This document shows positions 57,035 through 64,000 of a DNA stretch of 64,000 nucleotides, in pieces. Source of the stretch: a virus (taxonomy: Duplodnaviria > Heunggongvirae > Uroviricota > Caudoviricetes); the IMG/VR virus record IMGVR_UViG_3300001336_000001, positions 202,836 to 266,835 of that record; one strand, written 5' to 3'. The number at the start of each line of letters is the position of its first letter. The first letter of the stretch is position 1. A model generated the notes under the pieces. It made no database searches. It was not told where the DNA came from and saw only the letters and a program-made list of their open reading frames with translations. The position numbers and the translations under genes are program-made.

Positions 57035-60000
57035 TTAATCCTTTAACATATTATCAATATCATTAATTATACCATTGATATCTTCATTAATTTTTAAACT
57101 TTTATCATAAACCTTAACTCTTTCATTTATGATTATATCTTTTTCTTTTTTGTTAACACTACGCATTAAATTATCGAATCTTTGTGTTTTATTTTTGTTT
57201 ATTTTACGACCTTCAGTAATTAAATTTTTACTATTACGTAATGATTCCCCCGCAATCTCTGGCTCACCACCTTCCTCTGGAACCTCACCACCTTCCTCTG
57301 GAACCTCACCACCTTCATCACCAAATTCACCTTCATCACCAAATTCATCAGAAAAATCATCAGCCCCAGCATCAAAATCTAAACCTCCACCACCGAAGCC
57401 ACCTCCACCTACTGGACCACCTTCATCATCACCACCTTCATCATCAGAACCATCACCACCTTGTTTAGCGATTTCTAAATCACCATAAATGGCATCAACT
57501 TTATCGAATGTCCCAGTGTGTTTGATTACTTTACTAGTATTCTCAAGTTCAGCAGCAGCTGCTTTTTCCATTCTTTGCTCTAACAAATCCTGTTTTATTT
57601 CATCATCACTCCAGTTAAGTATTTCCCTATGCGCCCTAGTCATAGACATAGGTGCAAATCCATTACCTGAATCAGAAACAGCATCTTTAAATAACGTTAC
57701 TTTAGCTTGAAGTTGCTCAATCATCAACATTTCAGCTTGGGTCGATGGGTTATTTAACGTGAGTGTAAAATTATCTAAATCATCCTCAAACCCCAACATA
57801 TATAAATGTATTATAGCTATCTTATTTAGTTCAGATAACATTGCTTGCTGTATTCTATTTATTGTTCTAGAAAACCTAACATCCTGTAAGGCTAAGTTTT
57901 TACCATCACCTATTGCCTCATCAAAATTTAAAAAAGATTTAGGTACCCTAAGTGCGGTAAACAATTTTCTTTGTAAATATTGTATATCGGCTATCTGGTC
58001 CAAATTACTATTTTTAATAAAAACACCACTTTCTGTTGCAAAAGTGTGGTGATTATGGTATATTTCATCCCCATCAACGGTAATTGTACCAGTATCCATT
58101 TTATTATCTAACCATTCAATCGACACAATTTTATGGTTGTAGTTAGACTCAATATCTGACAATTGGTTTTTATTAATATAATACCTCCAAGCTCTAACAT
58201 TTTTATAACCTAATTCTTCTGCTGTAATTTTACACCATTCTCTATAATTTTTAAACCCACGTTCTTTTAACATTTTATCTAAATGGTTTCTGGTGAATTC
58301 GTTTAGATTTGTCATTGAACTTCTAATACCTTCATTTGAGGTGTTAAATTCAACCATAAAATCAGTTGATTTATTAAGTTCTACTAAAGTTAAATCAGCC
58401 TTACCATATAGTTTAAACATTTCTAAGAACATGTTATATAGTTCACCAGTAAATGTCAGTGTTTGTTTCTTACTAAAAACTTTTTCTCTATATTCAGTAG
58501 ACTCCCAGTTCTTTTTCGAAATTTCAGAAAATCTCTCTTTAAATTCTTCACTTGATTTAGTTTTACTAATTGCTTCACCTCTACCTTTAATAATGTTTTT
58601 TTTGTTTGGGTTTTTATTAAACGTTTCATTAGCTTTACATCTAGAGTTAATTGAATTTAATCTAGATTGCTCACCTCTAACAATCCTTTCCTCATTAGTT
58701 AGGTTTGAAATATGGTTATTAATACCCTTCGTTATTTTTCTAACATTTTCTTCATGTTTTTTTGGTGTAGACCACAACTCGTGTCTATGGTATTTATAAT
58801 GGTCTCTAGAGTCCATTAAATATAGGTTATTTGGGTTGTTATTAAATCTATCGTTATCCATATGATGTATAGTACCCATTTTGGTTCTATCATAACCCCC
58901 TTCAAACGTAAAATACTGTTCTTCATCGATACTTTTCATAAAATCATTAACCATTCTATGTGTGAAAACCCATTCTTGTTTCGATGAATCCCATACCCTA
59001 TCATATTTTTTAGCGTATTTCTTATTTAATATAACTTCTTCACCCCTATAAAAAGGCATAAGACTATCACCTACTTTTAAATCCTTAGCCTCAACAAAAC
59101 CTTTTGTTCTATGGACCCATTTATGGTCTGGTGTTGTGGTTATTGATTTACCATTATCTAAAGTTATTTTTAATACTTGCGCATCTTTTCTAGTTTCACC
59201 AGCCCACGTTATAATACCTGGAGCTAACTCTCCAGTATTTGGGTCACAAGAATATACCCATAGATTTCTATTACCTTTATTCCATTCATATATAATCTCA
59301 TTAAGTTCCAAAGTTCTACCATCAAGTAATGGTATTCTAGTGTCTAAACTAATACAAGCACCAGGTAGTGTATCGATAGGGTTAGGCGCATCCTCACTCC
59401 TAACAGGTATGAAATAATCTTGGTCATTAGCTAAAGTATTATACCTCAAATCAACCTGACCTGTTTGGGGGTCAACTATCGGTGTTCTTTTAAACCTATT
59501 AGCAATTTCCTCAACATATGCTGGTACATCCTCATCATCAATATTACCAACAAATATTTTATACACACGCCTTTCTGGCGCTCTAGTTATACGGTAAACC
59601 AACATAGCATCTTCAGACATCAATAATTGTTTCCAAATACGTCTAGCTTTTTCCAAAACTGAGGTACCGTAGGGTAAACGTCTATCATCACCCAATAACC
59701 TAAAATGTGCTATTTGCCAAGAATTAAATATAGCATCTCTACCCCTCCATAAAAATTTAACTTTAGTTGGACCCTCATCATCAACATCCTCACTATTAAA
59801 ACGATTTCTACCACTAATCATATTTTCAAGGATATCACCCTCCCTACGCTCTATCTCGAAATTAGGTAACTGCCTAGCACCCAAAACCCCTTGTTTATCA
59901 TCAATGTTTAATAAAACAAAATTATCACCATATTTACACGTATTTCTAGTCCACATTGGTAGTGAAACGTGAATATCCAATCGGTTAAAGAATAAATCCT

Positions 60001-60385
60001 CTAAAACACCCTTAATCCTAGAAGAATCTGAATAAATATTAAGTATTTTACCCTTTTCATTTATAGTTGTTGATTCTTCCATCATAACATCTAAAGCCGC
60101 TGCAATTTCTGGGTAAAATTCCATACTCTCAAAATCAGTATAGGAACCAATTCTAGTTGTTTCATAATGTAATGTTTGTTGAAACAACTCACCGTCAACC
60201 TTTTTCCAAACATTTCTCAAATACTTTGTTTGTTGAGCTTGTAATTTGGCTGAATCGAATTCTTCTTTTGATTGTGTTTTTAACAAAACATTGTTATCAA
60301 TAGAATATTTATTAGATTGTGGTTTAGAAACACCAGTTGGTCCTAAAATAGTGTTTAACCTTTGAAATATAGTTTGTTTTGGCAT
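57035..60385 (-). CDS. Portal protein (T4 gp20-like) with intein; 667 aa after splicing
   Basis: PEIAAALD, R..CKYGD.F, SVLEKARRIWKQL..EDAMLVYRITRAPERRV, DYFIPVR, IDTLPGA|SNL..I.DI.YL..KLF.AL.VP. Confidence 0.95.
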   Translation of the reverse strand: MPKQTIFQRLNTILGPTGVSKPQSNKYSIDNNVLLKTQSKEEFDSAKLQAQQTKYLRNVWKKVDGELFQQTLHYETTRIGSYTDFESMEFYPEIAAALDVMMEESTTINEKGKILNIYSDSSRIKGVLEDLFFNRLDIHVSLPMWTRNTCKYGDNFVLLNIDDKQGVLGARQLPNFEIERREGDILENMISGRNRFNSEDVDDEGPTKVKFLWRGRDAIFNSWQIAHFRLLGDDRRLPYGTSVLEKARRIWKQLLMSEDAMLVYRITRAPERRVYKIFVGNIDDEDVPAYVEEIANRFKRTPIVDPQTGQVDLRYNTLANDQDYFIPVRSEDAPNPIDTLPGACISLDTRIPLLDGRTLELNEIIYEWNKGNRNLWVYSCDPNTGELAPGIITWAGETRKDAQVLKITLDNGKSITTTPDHKWVHRTKGFVEAKDLKVGDSLMPFYRGEEVILNKKYAKKYDRVWDSSKQEWVFTHRMVNDFMKSIDEEQYFTFEGGYDRTKMGTIHHMDNDRFNNNPNNLYLMDSRDHYKYHRHELWSTPKKHEENVRKITKGINNHISNLTNEERIVRGEQSRLNSINSRCKANETFNKNPNKKNIIKGRGEAISKTKSSEEFKERFSEISKKNWESTEYREKVFSKKQTLTFTGELYNMFLEMFKLYGKADLTLVELNKSTDFMVEFNTSNEGIRSSMTNLNEFTRNHLDKMLKERGFKNYREWCKITAEELGYKNVRAWRYYINKNQLSDIESNYNHKIVSIEWLDNKMDTGTITVDGDEIYHNHHTFATESGVFIKNSNLDQIADIQYLQRKLFTALRVPKSFLNFDEAIGDGKNLALQDVRFSRTINRIQQAMLSELNKIAIIHLYMLGFEDDLDNFTLTLNNPSTQAEMLMIEQLQAKVTLFKDAVSDSGNGFAPMSMTRAHREILNWSDDEIKQDLLEQRMEKAAAAELENTSKVIKHTGTFDKVDAIYGDLEIAKQGGDGSDDEGGDDEGGPVGGGGFGGGGLDFDAGADDFSDEFGDEGEFGDEGGEVPEEGGEVPEEGGEPEIAGESLRNSKNLITEGRKINKNKTQRFDNLMRSVNKKEKDIIINERVKVYDKSLKINEDINGIINDIDNMLKD
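58010..59356 (-). mobile_element. Intein (residues 344-792, 449 aa) with HNH endonuclease
   Basis: Block A CISLDTRIPLLDG, block B NGKSITTTPDHKW, HNH IHHMDNDRFNNNPNNL....H..YH, block F/G HTFATESGVFIKN|S. Confidence 0.93.
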
Positions 60386-60437
60386 ATAAAAATTTTATTT
60401 GTAAATAGTATATTTTTTTTATAAAAAGTAAATACAA

Positions 60438-60683
60438 TCATTCAACATAATCACACTCAACATAAGCTAATTTATTTATAATACCATTAATATTTTCTTT
60501 GTTATACACATACATGTTGATAGAATCAACACCATTAGAACCAGGGGTTGCATTACAGAATGGTTTTAAATTAAACCCAACACCAACGTTAGGTATTTTT
60601 TTTTCAAAAAATATTGGAACACAATACACTGATAAATCACCATTTTTACTATTAGTAAAACACCTTTTAAATTTACTACTCAT
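60438..60683 (-). CDS. Small hypothetical late protein
   Basis: Fills the terminase-portal gap; late motif at 60701-60708. Confidence 0.55.
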   Translation of the reverse strand: MSSKFKRCFTNSKNGDLSVYCVPIFFEKKIPNVGVGFNLKPFCNATPGSNGVDSINMYVYNKENINGIINKLAYVECDYVE

Positions 60684-60725
60684 AATTCTTTGTTTTTAAT
60701 ATAAATATATTAGTTTTTTTCATTA

Positions 60726-62483
60726 TCATTTAGTACCACTAAATAACCACAAATATTCACCCCTTGGGTCTTGTATGTTACTAGGTACACCAGATTTAAA
60801 ATTAGGTCTACCAGTACTAGCCTTATTTCTCTTATTTTTTGGTACGAATCCTGTATTATAAGCCTCGTCAACAACCTTGTTAGTTGAACCACTCGACCAA
60901 CTACTTAAAATCGCCTTAGTTTGTTTTTCTAGTTTTTGTAGTTTCTTAAATGAAGATTCCAAAATCCACAAAGCCATACCTAAAGACATTATGCAGTCAT
61001 CATGATACCCATCCATATGGTCAGGTCTACCATTTTTATATATGAATGTTTTTAATTCATTTATTATCCTTTTAGACCTGATTTTAATGATATTTGTTCT
61101 TATCGCTATTTCAAGGTTAGATATTAATTGTAATCTAACACCATTAACATTAAACCCAGAAACCCTCTTATCCTCACCACCTTTAATGTTGTCATAATGT
61201 AAATTTGGGTACTTTAACTCCTCCAATTTAGAACAAGTGGTATTCCCAACACCTATGTTATCAACAACAACATACGCACCGTACTTAATACCATAATCAT
61301 TTATTATTTCAGCAAAAACATCTGGCGGTATTTTACCTTGATATTCAGCAACTTGCTCCATTGTTGTAAAATTAATTATCTCAAAAGCAGAATAATCCGA
61401 ACCATCCCCACGACTAACATCAGCCGACAAAATATACTGATTACCCTCAACTGGCTCCTCCCAAATCCAAACTAAACCACTATTACCATCAAAGTATTTA
61501 TCATCCACAAACTTAGGTTTGAGCACATTCTCATTATCATGCATGTTTATATACTCATCATCAACAACGTTACCCCCAGAACCTAAGAAAGATACATCCA
61601 ATTCCTGAGCAATCCTTTTTTTATCATTATTCATACCTTTACACATTGAGCGATACCAAGTTGAGGTTGGTTTATAACCATCTTTAATCATTTTATCAAA
61701 TGATGATAAAGTGAACTCAACTTCATTAACAACTTCATCAGATTTAAGCCATTGTAAATCTTTATTATATCTAGGGTCTTGATACCACTTTAACTCAATG
61801 ATGTTATAATCGTTTTCACCCTTTTCTGCTTGCTCATAAGTTTTATAATATAGCGGGTCATACCCATTGGGGGTTGAAATCAATATGGAACCACCACCAG
61901 TACCTAATGAAGTTATTGCAGCTGAATACAATTCAGCACCATTATCGATAAATGCTGCCTCATCAAAAATAAGTAGTGTTGGTGTATAACCACGTAAAGC
62001 ATCGGTTGATGTAGCAACAGCGATTATTTTACTACCATTAGGTAACTCAATCTCAATTTGAGAATCTTTTATAAAAATACTAAGCTTTTCTTTTTCAGGT
62101 GTACCATAATATTCTGGCCCCCAAACCCATCTAGGTAGTTGTTGAATGTAATCCTTTATTCCTCTAGTAAATTTCTTAGCTAAATTAAGTTTGTTAGCAA
62201 TAACAATTATTGTTTCTGGGTTATTTGAATCAGCAAAAGCACACTTTATTGCACTATAAGCTTGTGTTACAGTTGATATACCAGCCTGTCTAGGTTTTGT
62301 TACAATATTAAACCTGTTTACTGAATACGAATCAATTATTTCCCTTTGTCTTGGGAACAATTTAAAAGGTACAAACCCCTCCTGTGTCTTATCGAACGTT
62401 GATAGGTAGTTTTGTATTGCATATTTTGGGTCCATAACACATTTAGCGTATTCGGACAATATTTCACTAGTTGTTAACCTCAT
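60726..62483 (-). CDS. terL: Terminase large subunit (T4 gp17-like)
   Basis: F.LFPRQ, KPRQAGIST, LRG, LIFDEAAF, ISTPNG, QE....F, ADVSRGDGSDYS, HDDCIMSL. Confidence 0.96.
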   Translation of the reverse strand: MRLTTSEILSEYAKCVMDPKYAIQNYLSTFDKTQEGFVPFKLFPRQREIIDSYSVNRFNIVTKPRQAGISTVTQAYSAIKCAFADSNNPETIIVIANKLNLAKKFTRGIKDYIQQLPRWVWGPEYYGTPEKEKLSIFIKDSQIEIELPNGSKIIAVATSTDALRGYTPTLLIFDEAAFIDNGAELYSAAITSLGTGGGSILISTPNGYDPLYYKTYEQAEKGENDYNIIELKWYQDPRYNKDLQWLKSDEVVNEVEFTLSSFDKMIKDGYKPTSTWYRSMCKGMNNDKKRIAQELDVSFLGSGGNVVDDEYINMHDNENVLKPKFVDDKYFDGNSGLVWIWEEPVEGNQYILSADVSRGDGSDYSAFEIINFTTMEQVAEYQGKIPPDVFAEIINDYGIKYGAYVVVDNIGVGNTTCSKLEELKYPNLHYDNIKGGEDKRVSGFNVNGVRLQLISNLEIAIRTNIIKIRSKRIINELKTFIYKNGRPDHMDGYHDDCIMSLGMALWILESSFKKLQKLEKQTKAILSSWSSGSTNKVVDEAYNTGFVPKNKRNKASTGRPNFKSGVPSNIQDPRGEYLWLFSGTK

Positions 62484-62505
62484 AAAATTATCATTATTTC
62501 TAACA

Positions 62506-62513
62506 ATAAATAT
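62506..62513 (-). promoter_or_regulatory. Putative late promoter ATATTTAT
   Basis: Upstream of the terminase ATG. Confidence 0.55.
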
Positions 62514-62555
62514 GTATTAACTAAAGAAAAAGGATAGATGCTACCTCTTATTTCA

Positions 62556-63686
62556 TTAAATCAAGTCTTCAGCACCAAAAAAATCGTCACCTATTGATTC
62601 TCTATAACTATCTTCTTTAAGTTCACGCTTAACCTTATCTAGTGTTTCACCTATAATCTCTTTACCTCGCTTAGTACCACCAAGAACCTCTTTCATTGTG
62701 GTAAAAAACTCCTTAGGCTCCAATTGCACTAAATCACTATAAACATGATGTTTTAATTTAAAATCTTCAGCTGGTATCATAGAACAAAATTTACCCCACA
62801 AAGCGGGACCACCTCTTAAATCCCATAACTCCGCTTGTAAATAATCAGACTTATTAACTACGTATTCAGCAATGTTTTCTTTGGTCGGTAGACCAGCTGC
62901 GGATAACACTTCCATACAACCCATAACTAATTCAAGTATTAAAACTGGGAATACCATAGCCTTAGCTTTGATTACTGGTCTGTTAACAGAGTCATCATTA
63001 CCATAATCAACAACACAAGAACCACCATTAACTGAAGTTTTCAAATCTGGTACCTGAAAATAAATGTAATCCGTACCCGACATTAATTTACTGTAGTTAT
63101 TTGGTAACCTTGGGTTTAGTTTAGTTAATTCATCGTCAACTAAATGAAACATATGGCTGACCTTTTTAGCCGAACCATTAATCATACCATTAATAAATCT
63201 TCGTTTGTAAACAGAATCATTCGCATACTCCATTTCTTCATGGTCCTCAAACTCTGTTAATATATCATCGGATGGGGTCTCTTTTTTATTTACTAATTCA
63301 ACTCTAGGACTTAATTCGACTTCAAATTGAACTTCATCATCAATATCAAACTCTTCCTTAACCATCTTTATTGCCAATTCCTCCAAAGTCTCTTTATGTT
63401 TACTTTCCATAGTCAAAACTTCACGCATAATTGGCATCATCATACTTTTTATTTCTTGGTTGTTTATTTCATCAACATCAAAAGCACGTCTACATCTCTC
63501 AACAACCTCTCTGAATCTCTCAGAAACAATTTTAGTCATAAAATTTCGTTCATCAGACACTGGGAAACAAGGGTTGTCACCAAATGATGTTTTATTTTCA
63601 ATCAAATCCGATTCAACCGATGGATGCATTCTTTCTTTAATATCATCTGAATACAATAAACTTTCTATTAACAATCTATTTCTCAT
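62556..63686 (-). CDS. Hypothetical protein (possible internal head protein)
   Basis: 376-aa ORF upstream of terL; N-terminal LLIE motif. Confidence 0.65.
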   Translation of the reverse strand: MRNRLLIESLLYSDDIKERMHPSVESDLIENKTSFGDNPCFPVSDERNFMTKIVSERFREVVERCRRAFDVDEINNQEIKSMMMPIMREVLTMESKHKETLEELAIKMVKEEFDIDDEVQFEVELSPRVELVNKKETPSDDILTEFEDHEEMEYANDSVYKRRFINGMINGSAKKVSHMFHLVDDELTKLNPRLPNNYSKLMSGTDYIYFQVPDLKTSVNGGSCVVDYGNDDSVNRPVIKAKAMVFPVLILELVMGCMEVLSAAGLPTKENIAEYVVNKSDYLQAELWDLRGGPALWGKFCSMIPAEDFKLKHHVYSDLVQLEPKEFFTTMKEVLGGTKRGKEIIGETLDKVKRELKEDSYRESIGDDFFGAEDLI

Positions 63687-63688
63687 AA

Positions 63689-63991
63689 TTATTTTTTTAT
63701 ATCCTTAATTTTAATATTTTTAATAACTTTTCTATTAAGTATTGACTCATTAAACCTTATTGGTTTAGGGATTATTTCACTCATAAACCAATTATAATCA
63801 TATGTTATATCATGCCCATATCTATAAACTGCTATATCAACTTTACCATCAGGATATTTACCCTTAACATATAACCATTTATCATCATTAATTTTAAATG
63901 GTGTTTCACCAGGCATATCACCAACATATTCAACAACTTTATCTGAATTTACAACCTCATTAACATCGCCTTTGGTTATAAAAGCACTCAT
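63689..63991 (-). CDS. Hypothetical protein, possibly 5'-truncated by the window edge
   Basis: Frame stays open to the end of the window. Confidence 0.5.
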   Translation of the reverse strand: MSAFITKGDVNEVVNSDKVVEYVGDMPGETPFKINDDKWLYVKGKYPDGKVDIAVYRYGHDITYDYNWFMSEIIPKPIRFNESILNRKVIKNIKIKDIKK

Positions 63992-64000
63992 GGGGCTATT

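Noticed and set aside
1-64000. Stop-codon recoding as in some large Bacteroidota phages
   Set aside because: Conserved genes are intact in code 11, and TAA, TAG (15623) and TGA (1346) all terminate genes
1-64000. tRNA or rRNA genes
   Set aside because: Intergenic gaps are short and AT-rich; no cloverleaf or T-loop signature seen by eye

Overview
This is a 64-kb AT-rich segment of a large, T4-like tailed dsDNA phage (standard genetic code). It very probably infects a Bacteroidota (Flavobacteria-like) host: five TT(T)G-N19/20-TAnnTTTG promoters are present and most start regions are A-rich with no Shine-Dalgarno. Head and packaging module (minus strand): terminase large subunit, portal with a 449-aa HNH intein, prohead protease, acidic scaffold and gp23-like major capsid. 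Virion accessory genes: gp13/14/15-like neck and tail-completion proteins, fibre and LamG proteins, and a 2370-aa protein with ~600 near-unbroken, Pro-free Gly-X-Y (Ser/Thr-rich) triplets. Other genes: family B DNA polymerase, SNF2 helicase, gp55-like late sigma factor, PhoH, dUTPase, GMP reductase/IMPDH, and a ~14.5-kb region with six glycosyltransferase genes, a UDP-sugar dehydrogenase and a methyltransferase. Best candidate for a new system: phage-encoded virion glycosylation, suggested by a [S/T]-G-x-[T/S] motif strongly enriched in virion proteins and rare in the enzymes. Other notable items: a holin-like gene paired with a stand-alone PAS domain inside the head module; a zinc-ribbon gene whose transcript ends are complementary and whose leader is structured; three separable promoter classes, including ATATTTAT, close to the reverse complement of the T4 late promoter; a stand-alone WYL protein; and an unannotated RHH gene coupled to a Hef-like endonuclease. 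No tRNA, rRNA, CRISPR array or reverse transcriptase was seen. All calls come from motif recognition by eye; no searches were run.
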